Origin: Patescibacteria group bacterium | GTDB lineage: Bacteria; Patescibacteriota; Microgenomatia; Levybacterales; UBA12049 | Direction: 5' to 3' | DNA length: 64,000 nt | NCBI GenBank assembly: GCA_035510535.1 | Contig: DATKGY010000041.1 | Location: 29,493-93,492 of the forward strand | In this document: piece after piece, positions 1-10,458 of the stretch | How the letters are laid out: every line of letters starts with the position of its first letter | How positions within the stretch are numbered: the stretch's first letter is position 1 | Program-made: the position numbers and the translations under genes | Notes under the pieces: model-generated | Seen by the model: only the letters and a program-made list of their open reading frames with translations | Databases searched by the model: none | Told to the model about the DNA's origin: nothing

Positions 1-1430
1 CAAATTTTGCCCAATTTTACCATTTTAATCCTTTGGATTTATTCTTCAGATATTTTTCATTTTTAATCTCTTTAATCCTTGGTTTTTCCTCACTATCTCT
101 TGCGAAATTCCTTAAATGGAAAAAGATTACAGTTCTATTGTTTATTTTTTTAATGTATTTTGTCCAAAGTTTTGATTTTTTTGCCTATTACTTATATAGA
201 ATATTTAATTATTATTATAATTCTGCAGGGATTACCCAGTCCCTTGGAAATGCGCTGGATCCTTCAATAGTAATTTCTGCAAGCTTTATCTTTATCGGAT
301 TCGTTCTGTTATTTTCTAAGGGGAATAAATGGTCATTTCTACTCCCGGTTTTAGTTATTGGCGTTATTCCCCAGATAAAGATTTATGCGGGAATTATTTT
401 TTACTTAGGTTTGGCAGCGGTTGCTTTATGGGAGTTGTGCAGGGAAAGGGATACCCATTATTCAAAAATTTTGATTCTCTCCGGTGTCATTTCTGCTCTA
501 GTATATTTACCGCTAAATTATGGAGCAGGAGGACTCATGTTTGCGCCCCTTGTTATATACAAAAATTTCATAGACAGCGCCTGGATATTTAACAATTGGC
601 ACTGGAATGTTAATTTTCCAATCTACGTTCAAGCGCATAATTATATTCATATAGCCTTTTTTTACGCAGTAGCAATAGCGGTCTTTTTAATAACCAGCTT
701 GGGCATTAGAGTCGTAGTTCTTCTTGGAATAAAAAAGGTCTTTAATAAAAAATTTTACAGTCCCCAAAATATATTTTGGTCGGTAGGGATTAGTGGCTCT
801 TTATTAATCCCCAGTTTTTTTATTCAGTCTATTTCGGAATTTTCTATAATCCAATTTTTTTGGGTTGGGTATATTATCCTGTTAGTGCCGACAGCAGCCA
901 TCTTAGGAGAAAAATTGGAAAAGCGGAATAAAATAATTCTAACAGGAGTTTTCCTATTTCTGATAGTCTTATTCTTACCAGATACACTTAGAATAATAAA
1001 TACGTATTCTGGGAGTCCTGGCCGCATTAGTTCAGATATTGTAAGTAAGGCAAATATCATCAGTAACATTCCTCAAAACGAGGGAGTAATCGTTGCGGAC
1101 AGGTTTATGATAAAAGATAAATACCAAGATGTACTTGCAAGCCCGATCGTGTCAGCTTTAAGCGGTCATGCTATATATTACGAGCATGAACTCACGGAAT
1201 TTCAGGGAATAGATAAGATTACTAATCCTAGAAAGGATAATGTAGATAAAATATACCAAAATATGGTAAATTGTAGTAATCCAATTACGGCCGAGCAAAA
1301 CATCATAAATATTATGAGAAAAACTAATAATAAATATCTTTTAATATTGGAGAAAAATAGTTGTACTTCGAAGTTCAGCAAATTGAAAATAGTAAATGAC
1401 GAGGGGACGTCTGTCTTATACAAAATATAA
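1..1430 (+). CDS. Polytopic membrane protein, probably 5'-partial. The annotated start at 33 is TTG and the frame is open back to the window edge.
   Basis: 465-aa ORF with many hydrophobic helices and a C-terminal soluble segment; no upstream in-frame stop before position 3. Confidence 0.5.
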   Translation, partial: NFAQFYHFNPLDLFFRYFSFLISLILGFSSLSLAKFLKWKKITVLLFIFLMYFVQSFDFFAYYLYRIFNYYYNSAGITQSLGNALDPSIVISASFIFIGFVLLFSKGNKWSFLLPVLVIGVIPQIKIYAGIIFYLGLAAVALWELCRERDTHYSKILILSGVISALVYLPLNYGAGGLMFAPLVIYKNFIDSAWIFNNWHWNVNFPIYVQAHNYIHIAFFYAVAIAVFLITSLGIRVVVLLGIKKVFNKKFYSPQNIFWSVGISGSLLIPSFFIQSISEFSIIQFFWVGYIILLVPTAAILGEKLEKRNKIILTGVFLFLIVLFLPDTLRIINTYSGSPGRISSDIVSKANIISNIPQNEGVIVADRFMIKDKYQDVLASPIVSALSGHAIYYEHELTEFQGIDKITNPRKDNVDKIYQNMVNCSNPITAEQNIINIMRKTNNKYLLILEKNSCTSKFSKLKIVNDEGTSVLYKI

Positions 1431-2132
1431 ATGAAATTATCAATTGTCGTTCCGGTATTTAACGAGGAAAAGACAATACTGCAAATCTTAGAAAGACTGA
1501 AAAAAGCCGATATTTCAGTTCCTTACGAAATCATTGTGGTTGATGATGGTTCAACGGATAGTACAAGAGAAAAGTTAAAAACTGTTAGGAATGTAAAAAT
1601 TATTCTCCATAAAAATAATCAGGGCAAAGGGGCCGCGGTAAAGACGGGTATCAAAAATGCGACGGGCGATTATATTTTAATTCAAGATGCAGATTTGGAA
1701 TACAACCCAGATGAAATAAAAGGTTTGTTAAAGCCAATTCTAGAAAATAAAGCAAAGGTTGTCTATGGAACGAGATTAAACAGGGTGCCGCATCTTAAGA
1801 AGGAAGAGGCGAAACACTTATTTATTATCCACTATTTCGGGAATAGATTCTTAAGTCTTGTGACAAGCGCCCTTTACGGTCAGTGGCTAACTGATATGGA
1901 AACCTGTTATAAGTTATTTCCTAAAAAGGCTGTTTCTTCAATTAGGCTTAACGCAAGGGGATTTGAATTTGAACCGGAAGTAACAGCGAAATTATTAAAA
2001 CAAGGATATAAAATAAAAGAGGTTTCAATAACTACAAATCCTAGAGGGTATGATGAAGGCAAAAAATTGAATACTATCAGAGATGGTTCTATTGCTTTAT
2101 GGTCACTCGTAAAATACAGGTTTACAAATTAA
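1431..2132 (+). CDS. GT2 polyprenol-phosphate sugar synthase (DPM1/GtrB-like).
   Basis: N-terminal LSIVVPVFNEE...VVDDGSTDST; DAD/DxD region 'LIQDADLEY'; size typical of the Dpm1 catalytic domain. Confidence 0.85.
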   Translation: MKLSIVVPVFNEEKTILQILERLKKADISVPYEIIVVDDGSTDSTREKLKTVRNVKIILHKNNQGKGAAVKTGIKNATGDYILIQDADLEYNPDEIKGLLKPILENKAKVVYGTRLNRVPHLKKEEAKHLFIIHYFGNRFLSLVTSALYGQWLTDMETCYKLFPKKAVSSIRLNARGFEFEPEVTAKLLKQGYKIKEVSITTNPRGYDEGKKLNTIRDGSIALWSLVKYRFTN

Positions 2133-3760
2133 TTAGAAGAAACATTTATTTAATTCTGCTTTTAATAATTGGGCTGTTTTTTTTATTTCCGCTTTTTCAT
2201 CCGGGATTTTATCTGTCTCATGATGGTTTTGCTCATGTGGCAAGATACGCGGCTTATTTCAAAAGTTACATGGATGGACAATTTCCGGCCAGATGGGCGG
2301 GGGATTTAAATAGCGGTTACGGTACTCCGATTTTTATTTTTTTCTATCCCTTGCCCGGATTTATCGCTACACTTCTGCATCTGGTAGGATTTCATTTTGA
2401 AACAGTGTTCAAAATAATAATGGGCACGAGTTTTATCTTGGCTCCGATTTGTTTGTTCTGGTGGCTAAGAAGACAAGCAAGCGAAGGAATCGCCTTTGCC
2501 GCCTCGCTTATCTATATGATGCTCCCCTATAGATTTTTAGACGCGTATGTTAGGGGAGATGTGGCAGAAATAGCCAGTTTTGTTTTTATCCCGTTGGTTT
2601 TTCTATATATTGACAAAGCTTTAGAGAAAAAAAGAATAAGAGATTTGCTATTTGGCGGGATTTTTTATGCTTTGTTTATTATGACGCATAATGGAATGGC
2701 TATAATATTTTCTCTGGTTTTTCTAACCTACGGCTTAATTTTTGTCAGAAAACGAAAAGAGTTAATTTATCCTTTAGGAATTTTATTACTTGGAATTTGT
2801 CTGTCCGCTTTTTTTACGCTGCCTTTTATATTTGAAACGAAGTATACGATGGCTAAAGTTATTTTGGGTTCATTGTATACGCAAAATTTCATTACTCCTT
2901 GGAACTTATTTTATTCCCAGTGGGGTTTTAATCCTGAGGTCAACGTAAAGGGAGGACTATCTCCTCAAATAGGCATTATCTATTTTATCGCTCCTTTTGT
3001 AAGTTTAGTTTTTTTACTTATGCATAAAATTAAAGAGCAGAGAAAAACTCTTTTTTGGCTGGCGGTTTTTATTCTATCGGTTTTTGTCACAACTTCCTAT
3101 TCGAAGTTTTTATGGGATCATCTTCCATTATTAAACTTGCTTGGTTATCCTTGGAGATTTACGGCTTTGTCAGGCTTTGCCTCATGTATGTTAATTTTTT
3201 ATTGCTTCCTTTTCCTAAAGAACAATAAAATCATCATATTTCTTATTGTTTTAGTTATCTTTATTTTTTCTCTGCCGTTGGTTACCGTCAACAAATATAT
3301 TCCCAGTAAAAGTGACAGTTTTTATCTTGCTTATCCTGGTACCACTGATTATAGTTTGCGGACCGATACTATTTGGACCGCCGGAGAATTTTCAGTCCAC
3401 TCTAAAAAACAAGTTGAAATTATTGCGGGAAAAGGAACGATTTCTGACCTGACGCGGAAATCCAATCTCCACACGTTTAGCGTAAACGCTATAACTTCCA
3501 TGGGAATTCTTGATAATACGGCTTATTTCCCGGGGTGGAAAGTGACAATCGACGGAGAAAAAACTTCCATCCAATTTCAGGACATGGACCACAGAGGTTT
3601 GATGGAGTTTAATGTACCAAGCGGAAAACACAATGTGAGAGTAGAGTTTAAGGAAACCCTGATAAGACTTTTGTCAGACATTGTAAGCGTGGTATCATTA
3701 GTTTTAGTAGCTGCCGTATTGCTCTTAGGAAATAGGCTAAAAAAATATATCCGGAAATGA
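2099..3760 (+). CDS. GT-C-like polytopic membrane protein, family B paralog 1 (HDGxxH N-terminal loop, C-terminal YFPGW motif).
   Basis: 'SHDGFAHVARY...RWAGDLNSGYG' after TM1; about 12 TM helices; C-terminal 'AYFPGWKVTIDG'; paralogous to the ORFs at 14795 and 19919. Confidence 0.6.
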   Translation: MVTRKIQVYKLIRRNIYLILLLIIGLFFLFPLFHPGFYLSHDGFAHVARYAAYFKSYMDGQFPARWAGDLNSGYGTPIFIFFYPLPGFIATLLHLVGFHFETVFKIIMGTSFILAPICLFWWLRRQASEGIAFAASLIYMMLPYRFLDAYVRGDVAEIASFVFIPLVFLYIDKALEKKRIRDLLFGGIFYALFIMTHNGMAIIFSLVFLTYGLIFVRKRKELIYPLGILLLGICLSAFFTLPFIFETKYTMAKVILGSLYTQNFITPWNLFYSQWGFNPEVNVKGGLSPQIGIIYFIAPFVSLVFLLMHKIKEQRKTLFWLAVFILSVFVTTSYSKFLWDHLPLLNLLGYPWRFTALSGFASCMLIFYCFLFLKNNKIIIFLIVLVIFIFSLPLVTVNKYIPSKSDSFYLAYPGTTDYSLRTDTIWTAGEFSVHSKKQVEIIAGKGTISDLTRKSNLHTFSVNAITSMGILDNTAYFPGWKVTIDGEKTSIQFQDMDHRGLMEFNVPSGKHNVRVEFKETLIRLLSDIVSVVSLVLVAAVLLLGNRLKKYIRK

Positions 3761-5454
3761 AAAAAACATATCTTTTTTTAATTTTAATCTTTGCACTTGG
3801 TCTTTTTCTAAGATTCTATAAATTAGGAGAAGTTCCTGTAGGCCTACACACAGATGAAGCATATTTTGGCTATAATGCTTATTCAATTCTAAAGACGGGC
3901 AGAGAAATAACCGGAAATTTTTTACCTCTAAATCTAAAATCATTTTTATTCAGCCCCGCAGGATACTCGTATGCGTCAATTCCATTCATCGTCATTTTTG
4001 GCTTGAGCGCTTTTTCTACCCGTTTTGCTTCTGCGCTGTTTGGTTCTTTGACGATAATCGTGGCTTTTTTCTTGATTCGTCAACTCTTCAAGGTCTTTAA
4101 GAATAAAGAACAGATTGCTTTAGTCGCCGCTTTCTTTTTGGCAATATCTCCTTGGCATATAAACTTGTCCCGCGTTTCTACAGAAAGTGTGCTGGTGGTA
4201 TTTTTTGTGTCACTTGGTGTCCTGTTCTATCTATTTTGGGAAGAGCGTAACCGGTATTATTTTTTGGCTTTAAGTTTATTGGCTTTTGCAGTTAATATCC
4301 TTATTTATCAGGCCGCCCGTAGTTTCCTGCCTTTATTTTTGCCTTTGCTTTTTCTAGTTTTTACGAAGAGGATATTTGTAAAAAGAAATATTTTCCCCAT
4401 TGCCGGTTTTATCTTGTTAATCATTATTCCGGTACTGCTAATTCTTAAATCTCCTGATTTATCAACCAGAATCAGAACGCTTTCTATATTCCAAAATCCC
4501 CAAACGCAATTGGTGTTAAATGAGCAATTAAGGGAGGATGGGGTAATGGGTTTAAACTCATTTGAAGCAAGACTGTTTAACAATAAGCTGGTAGATTATT
4601 CGCTTACTTTTTCCTCCAATTATTTTAAGCATTTCTCCTACGATTTCTTATTCACTGATAACGGTCTGCCCGAAAGATACAGGGTGCCGGGAATGGGGAT
4701 TTTATATCTTTTTGAATTACCTTTAATTGTCTTAGGGATCTGGTACTTATTCAGGCGAAATCAAAAACTTGGACTATTTATAGTCGGGTGGATATTGCTG
4801 GCGCCCGTAGGCAGCGCTTTAACTTTTGATGATGTCCCAAACCTTCAGCGCACTCTAATCGTGTTCCCGGCGCTATCGGTTTTGACGGCGCTAGGCTTTA
4901 TCAATCTACTGAGTATTCTAAAGGTAAACATCAAGAAGGTGCTAATTTTACGCGCCATAACTATTGGTATAGTTTTAATTATTGTATGCAGTTTTTTCTA
5001 TTATCTGCAGGCTTATTACGTACATCAGATAGTTCACCGGCCGTGGTATAGGCAAGAAGGATATCAAAAATTAGTTGGGGAAATCAATAAATATGCCAGA
5101 AACTACCCAAAAGTAATTATTACCAATGCCCAAGTCAATCCGACAATTTTTCTTCTCTTTTATAATCAATACGATCCGGCTAATATTCAAAAAGTTATTC
5201 AATCAAGCCCAGGAGTGGATTATGGCAACACGTCTTTTGCCAAATACCAAATTACCGGCGAAGAGTGTCCGGTAAGGGAAGAAATTTTAACAGACAAAAA
5301 GACGGGGTTAAGCAGTGCTTTTATCACCGGAGAAAAAAGAGTTTTATATGTTGATGACGGAGTATGTAAATTGCCCAACGGTAAAGTAAGAATATTATCC
5401 CAGATTAGACGGTCGGACAATACCTTAGTTTTTCAGTTAGTTACCTTAAAATAG
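3757..5454 (+). CDS. GT39/PMT-like (ArnT-like) polyprenol-P-sugar-dependent membrane glycosyltransferase, tandem paralog 1.
   Basis: 'LRFYKLGEVPVGLHTDEAYFGYNAYSIL' (loop-1 DE motif); polytopic; C-terminal 'IFLLFYNQYDP'; ATGA overlap with the upstream gene. Confidence 0.75.
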   Translation: MKKTYLFLILIFALGLFLRFYKLGEVPVGLHTDEAYFGYNAYSILKTGREITGNFLPLNLKSFLFSPAGYSYASIPFIVIFGLSAFSTRFASALFGSLTIIVAFFLIRQLFKVFKNKEQIALVAAFFLAISPWHINLSRVSTESVLVVFFVSLGVLFYLFWEERNRYYFLALSLLAFAVNILIYQAARSFLPLFLPLLFLVFTKRIFVKRNIFPIAGFILLIIIPVLLILKSPDLSTRIRTLSIFQNPQTQLVLNEQLREDGVMGLNSFEARLFNNKLVDYSLTFSSNYFKHFSYDFLFTDNGLPERYRVPGMGILYLFELPLIVLGIWYLFRRNQKLGLFIVGWILLAPVGSALTFDDVPNLQRTLIVFPALSVLTALGFINLLSILKVNIKKVLILRAITIGIVLIIVCSFFYYLQAYYVHQIVHRPWYRQEGYQKLVGEINKYARNYPKVIITNAQVNPTIFLLFYNQYDPANIQKVIQSSPGVDYGNTSFAKYQITGEECPVREEILTDKKTGLSSAFITGEKRVLYVDDGVCKLPNGKVRILSQIRRSDNTLVFQLVTLK

Positions 5455-5460
5455 TACGTA

Positions 5461-7143
5461 ATGAAGAAATTATTGAATTGGAAATTAGCATTACTTCTGA
5501 TAATCCTGTTGGCGGTTTTTTTAAGGTTCTACCAGTTGGGAAATATTCCCGCCGGCTTTTTAAACGATGAAGCTAACGCCGGATACGATGCTTATTCAAT
5601 ACTGCTTACCGGTAAAGATCAATGGAATAACTTCCTTCCTATCAATAACTTTATTGGTTTTGGTGATTTTCAGCCTCCAGTGAATCGGTATTCACAACTG
5701 CTTCCTATCAAAATTTTCGGGTCCAATGAGTTTTCCGTTAGGTTTATGTCCGCGTTGGCCGGAGTTTTATCTGTCGCCGCTTTATATTTCCTAGTGAAGA
5801 AATTAATTAATTGGAGGGCGGCTTTTTTCTCGGCTTTGCTTCTCGCAATCATGCCATGGGCAGTTGGATTAAATCGAATAGGGCATGAATCTAATCTGGC
5901 CATTTTATTTTTGATTGCCGCGCTTTTTTTCGGCTTGGTGCCAAAATCCGGCAAAAGTTTATTGATTGCTGTCTTTTTCCTCGCATTGTCGATGTATACC
6001 TATTCCGCTTATATTCTTTACGCGCCTTTAGTTTTGGTTGTGGTTCTAGGCGTAAATTACAAAAAGGGGAAAGGATACGGGTATTTACTAAAACCTTTAA
6101 TATTGCTCTTAATTATCATTTCGCCAATTATATTTCAAAAAAATTCTGCTTCGGTCAGATTTTCTCAAGTAGGTTTAACAACTAATGTCAGTAGCGTCGG
6201 TTTAATCAATAATCTTAATGATCAAAGAGGCCAGTGTTTAGCCGCATCCAATCCTTTTATTTGTAAAATAACCGATAACAAAGCGCTTCTTTTCCCCAGC
6301 GTTTTTGTTAAAAATTACTTATCTCATTTTTCCCCTAACTTTTTATACATCAGCGGTACACCGACGCAATTTTCCATTTTGCCCCAACGGGGCTTAGATT
6401 ATCTGTTCAATTTCCTGCCGTTAATCGCGGGAATTATCTTCTTTCTAAAAAATTATAAGCAGCGTAAATTAAGCGGCGCTTTATTCATATTATTTTTACT
6501 TGCTCCAGTACCCGATTCATTTACCAGCGACGGAAACTATACGCGCTCTTCCATGATGCAGCCGTTTATAGCTTTATTCGGCGGGTTAGGGATATATTAT
6601 TGCCTGGATTTCTTAGGAAGAAAAAAATGGTTAGAATATCTATTCACCACTTTAATTTTTCTGGTTATTTCTTTTGCTCTCATTTCCTTTTTTATAATTT
6701 ATAGCACTTACTTTAAAAATAATTATTCTATATATTCCCAATACGGATACAAAGATTTGGTAAAGAAAATCTCCTCGTGCAAAAATGATTACACTAAAAT
6801 CTATATTTCCAGACACCTAAATGATGCTAAGCAATATATCTATTATCTTTTTTATACGAAATATGATCCCCGAAAATATCAAAGTAAAAAAGACGTCAGT
6901 TATAGTGTAGGAGCAGACGGATGGGTATCTGTAGATAGAGTCGAGAACATATATTTTGTGCAGAATCTGCCCACAGTTTCTACGCAATCTGCGGAAACTA
7001 ATTCTGCGGTCCTTTTTATCTCCAACCCAGTCGATTTCCCCAAATCGCTAAAGCCTGTATTTGTCGTAAAAGATAAATTAGGGAATGTAATATTTGAAGC
7101 AGTGAGATCAACGGATTTGCTAGAATATATAAATAGGGAGTAA
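5461..7143 (+). CDS. GT39/PMT-like membrane glycosyltransferase, tandem paralog 2.
   Basis: 'LRFYQLGNIPAGFLNDEANAGYDAYSIL'; C-terminal 'YIYYLFYTKYDP'. Confidence 0.75.
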   Translation: MKKLLNWKLALLLIILLAVFLRFYQLGNIPAGFLNDEANAGYDAYSILLTGKDQWNNFLPINNFIGFGDFQPPVNRYSQLLPIKIFGSNEFSVRFMSALAGVLSVAALYFLVKKLINWRAAFFSALLLAIMPWAVGLNRIGHESNLAILFLIAALFFGLVPKSGKSLLIAVFFLALSMYTYSAYILYAPLVLVVVLGVNYKKGKGYGYLLKPLILLLIIISPIIFQKNSASVRFSQVGLTTNVSSVGLINNLNDQRGQCLAASNPFICKITDNKALLFPSVFVKNYLSHFSPNFLYISGTPTQFSILPQRGLDYLFNFLPLIAGIIFFLKNYKQRKLSGALFILFLLAPVPDSFTSDGNYTRSSMMQPFIALFGGLGIYYCLDFLGRKKWLEYLFTTLIFLVISFALISFFIIYSTYFKNNYSIYSQYGYKDLVKKISSCKNDYTKIYISRHLNDAKQYIYYLFYTKYDPRKYQSKKDVSYSVGADGWVSVDRVENIYFVQNLPTVSTQSAETNSAVLFISNPVDFPKSLKPVFVVKDKLGNVIFEAVRSTDLLEYINRE

Positions 7144-7165
7144 GAAAAATTGTGACTTAAAGAAA

Positions 7166-8794
7166 ATGTTCAAATTTATTAATTACAAATTACTGTTACT
7201 TTTAGTAGTAATAATCGCGGCATTTTTAAGGTTTTATCAATTGGGAAGCAATCCGCCTTCTTTAACTTGGGATGAGGCGGCTTGGGGATACAATGCTTAT
7301 TCAATCGGTATTGACGGGAAAGACGAATTTGGCCGGCTTTTGCCCCACGATTATCTTGAGTCTTTCGGCGATTTTAAACCACCGATGTATGTGTATCTGG
7401 ATGCTATTCCGGTAAAAGCTCTAGGACTAAATGAGTTTGCCACCAGAGTTCCATCCGCTTTATTTGGAGTTTTAACAGTTTTCTTAACTTATTTTCTGGT
7501 TCAAAGAATCTTCTGGAACTCAAAAGATAAACGGAAATACGCGCTTGCGTCAGCGTTTATCTTGGCAATTTCCCCGTGGCACATTATGTTGTCACGGGCC
7601 GCCTTTGAAGCCAATGTGGCAACTTTTTTCCTCGTCTTAGGAATCTGGGGATTTCTGGCGGCAACGCAGGATAAAAAATGGTACCTTTTAATTTCCGCCG
7701 TTTCTTTTGCTCTGTCAATGTACACTTTTAACACGGCAAGAGTCGTTGCTCCGCTTTTGGTAATTATTCTAGTATTGGCATTCAGAAAAAGATTATGGCA
7801 AATAAAAAAAGAAGTATTAATTGCGTTTATCATTGGGTTAGCGGTTTTCTTGCCTACTTTCCGGTTTCTGCTTACTCCGCAAGCGGCCTTGAGATTTCAA
7901 GAGGTCAATATTTTTTCGGATCCAAGCATCGTCAAAACCGCCAATCAGGAAATTGCCAATGACCAAAACGCATTCTGGTCAAAAATAATCCACAACCGAA
8001 GAGTGTTGTATTCTCTGGATTATGTCAAACACTATTTTGATAATTTAAGTCCCAGTTTCCTTTTTATCAAAGGAGATGGTAATCCTAAATTCTCAATTCA
8101 AAGCGTCGGGCAAATGTATCTTTGGGACATTCCGTTTGTCGTCATCGGAATCTTATTCTTAATCAGGAAAAAAGAGGGGCATTGGTGGTTAGTGCCGTTG
8201 TGGCTTTTAATCGGCATAATTCCTGCCGCAACCGCCGAGCAAACGCCGCATGCTTTGAGAATTGAAGCGAGTTTGCCAACGTTTCAAATAATTAGCGCTT
8301 ACGGTTTAATTATATTTCTATCAATGGTTAAGCGTTTTAGGTACGTAGTAGCGGCTGTTTTAATTGGCTTACTGTTGATAAATCTAGCATATTTTTGTCA
8401 CGATTATTTTGCCCATTATCCATCTGAGTTTTCCGGCGAGTGGCAATATGGCTACAAACAATCAATAGATTACGTGAAATCCGTAGAGAAAAATTATGAT
8501 TACGTCCAAGTTACCAGCGAACTGGGAAGGCCTTATATCTACTATCTTTTTTACACCAAAACGTTGCCATCCGATTACCGGAAAACTGCTGTCATTCAGC
8601 GGGACGCGTTTGGGTTTGTCACGGTTACGGGTTTTGGCAAATATCGATTTCCCGTTAATTATAATTATAGTTTGAGCAAAACAAAAAAAGTGCTTTACGT
8701 TAATACGCCTTATATCTTACCCAAAAACATTAAGATCCTTAAAACATTTTATTTATTAAACGGACAACCGGTTTTGGTTGCATATACGATATGA
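7166..8794 (+). CDS. GT39/PMT-like membrane glycosyltransferase, tandem paralog 3.
   Basis: 'LRFYQLGSNPPSLTWDEAAWGYNAYSIG'; C-terminal 'YIYYLFYTKTLP'. Confidence 0.75.
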   Translation: MFKFINYKLLLLLVVIIAAFLRFYQLGSNPPSLTWDEAAWGYNAYSIGIDGKDEFGRLLPHDYLESFGDFKPPMYVYLDAIPVKALGLNEFATRVPSALFGVLTVFLTYFLVQRIFWNSKDKRKYALASAFILAISPWHIMLSRAAFEANVATFFLVLGIWGFLAATQDKKWYLLISAVSFALSMYTFNTARVVAPLLVIILVLAFRKRLWQIKKEVLIAFIIGLAVFLPTFRFLLTPQAALRFQEVNIFSDPSIVKTANQEIANDQNAFWSKIIHNRRVLYSLDYVKHYFDNLSPSFLFIKGDGNPKFSIQSVGQMYLWDIPFVVIGILFLIRKKEGHWWLVPLWLLIGIIPAATAEQTPHALRIEASLPTFQIISAYGLIIFLSMVKRFRYVVAAVLIGLLLINLAYFCHDYFAHYPSEFSGEWQYGYKQSIDYVKSVEKNYDYVQVTSELGRPYIYYLFYTKTLPSDYRKTAVIQRDAFGFVTVTGFGKYRFPVNYNYSLSKTKKVLYVNTPYILPKNIKILKTFYLLNGQPVLVAYTI

Positions 8795-10458
8795 ATAAGA
8801 AATTAGTTTTAATAATACTGATGGGAATAATAATTTTGGCAGCCGGATTAAGGCTTTGGCAGCTTGGCAATATTCCGCCTTCGCCTGACTGGGACGAGGT
8901 GGCGTTGGGATATGATGCCTATTCGATTAGTCATACGGGGCGTGATGAATTTGGAAAGTTCCTGCCGGTAGTTCTTCGTTCATTTGACGATTACAAACCA
9001 GCTTTATATGCCTATCTTGCGGTTCCGGCGGTGGTAACTTTCGGTTTGAGTGTTTTTGCAGTTAGACTTCCTTCGGCCGTTTCCGGAATAATTTCGGTGA
9101 TTGCCGTTTTCTTTTTAATTCGGGAGCTTTTCCGGAATTATCGGTACAAAGATTGGTTAGCTTTGACTGCAAGTTTCATGCTGGCAATTTCTCCCTGGTC
9201 TTTGCAATTCTCCAGAGTTGGGTTTGAAGCAAATGTCGGGGATTGCCTAAATCTTTTAGCAGCTTTATTTTTCATCAAGGGCATAAACAACAGACGGTGG
9301 TTCTTATTTTTGTCGGCGCTTTTTGCCGGACTGAGTATTTATGTTTATCAAAGCGAAAAAGTCTTTACGCCACTTTTCATTCTTTTGTTGGCCGTAATTT
9401 ATTGGAGGGAATTATTCAAAATCCCTAAAAAATATTTGTTTGCGGTAATAGTTTTTGGTTTAATCATCGTGACGCCGATGCTTACTTATATAGTTACCAA
9501 CCGGGCAGCACTTTTAAGAGTAACGGGGACGAGCATTTTTTCCTACCAGACGGAGCTTTTAAAAACGGATACGCAGAAACTGCAACAGGATAAGAGTAAT
9601 AATGATAAATCGGGTTTGGTTTTGGACAACCGAAGAATTGTCTATACCGTAACCACAGTTTCCGGCTATATTTCACATTTTGACCCGAATTGGTTGTTTA
9701 TCTCAGGGGATATTGATAGACATCACGCGCCGGGAATGGGGATTTTGTATCTTTTCGAGTTGCCGCTGATACTTTTAGGGATATACGCGCTTTTATTTGG
9801 TGAATTTGACAAAAAAACAAAATTAATTATTTTTGGCTGGTTACTGCTTGCTCCGGTTCCTGCCTCCATCACAACCGGAGTCCCGCATGCGGTCAGAACG
9901 CTTAACTTTTTACCGACTTGGCAAATCTTGTCGGCGTTGGGGTTAGTTTCGGGATATTTGCTGCTTTCTAAAATGAGATTCCAAGTATCAAAGGTTAAGC
10001 TGTGGTATCTGCTTGCCCCTGTGTTTCTGGTATTTGCGCTGTTTAATATCAGTTACTATCTTAACCAGTATTTTGTCCAACTTAATTATTACGATTCCGC
10101 TTTTTGGCAATACGGTTACAAACAGGCGGTTGACGAAGTCAAACTTTTGCAAAAAAATTACAAAACAATCCTGATTTCCGATAACGCGCCGTTGGATAAA
10201 TCCTATATGTTTTTCCTGTTCTATCTTCAATATCCGCCACAGCTATATCAGCAAGTTGGTGAGAATAGCTCGGGAAGTTTTGTTTCCCATCATTCTTTCG
10301 GAAAATACACCTTTAGGCCAATTGATTGGAACAAAGATTCAAAACTCAAAGATGCTTTGATAATCGGTAGCCCGAAGGAGATTCCCCAAGGCGTGGGAAC
10401 AATTAAAACAATAAATAATCTAGATGGGACGCCGGCGATAAAAATTGTTGGAACATGA
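8791..10458 (+). CDS. GT39/PMT-like membrane glycosyltransferase, tandem paralog 4.
   Basis: 'LRLWQLGNIPPSPDWDEVALGYDAYSIS'; C-terminal 'YMFFLFYLQYPP'; ATGA overlap upstream. Confidence 0.75.
   Translation: MNKKLVLIILMGIIILAAGLRLWQLGNIPPSPDWDEVALGYDAYSISHTGRDEFGKFLPVVLRSFDDYKPALYAYLAVPAVVTFGLSVFAVRLPSAVSGIISVIAVFFLIRELFRNYRYKDWLALTASFMLAISPWSLQFSRVGFEANVGDCLNLLAALFFIKGINNRRWFLFLSALFAGLSIYVYQSEKVFTPLFILLLAVIYWRELFKIPKKYLFAVIVFGLIIVTPMLTYIVTNRAALLRVTGTSIFSYQTELLKTDTQKLQQDKSNNDKSGLVLDNRRIVYTVTTVSGYISHFDPNWLFISGDIDRHHAPGMGILYLFELPLILLGIYALLFGEFDKKTKLIIFGWLLLAPVPASITTGVPHAVRTLNFLPTWQILSALGLVSGYLLLSKMRFQVSKVKLWYLLAPVFLVFALFNISYYLNQYFVQLNYYDSAFWQYGYKQAVDEVKLLQKNYKTILISDNAPLDKSYMFFLFYLQYPPQLYQQVGENSSGSFVSHHSFGKYTFRPIDWNKDSKLKDALIIGSPKEIPQGVGTIKTINNLDGTPAIKIVGT

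Noticed and set aside
329-1423. Short ORFs (60-110 aa) embedded in or antisense to the large membrane-protein genes (e.g. 329-592, 824-1069, 1202-1423, and many similar ones throughout the ORF track).
   Set aside because: All lie wholly inside longer ORFs that have strong family signatures. They have no independent motifs and are what low-GC sequence produces at random. Treated as spurious.
2099-2132. 34-nt overlap between the GT2 at 1431 and the GT-C gene at 2099 as a possible frameshifted fusion or pseudogene.
   Set aside because: Both ORFs are full length relative to their paralogs, and overlapping starts are the norm throughout this locus. Interpreted as a genuine gene overlap.
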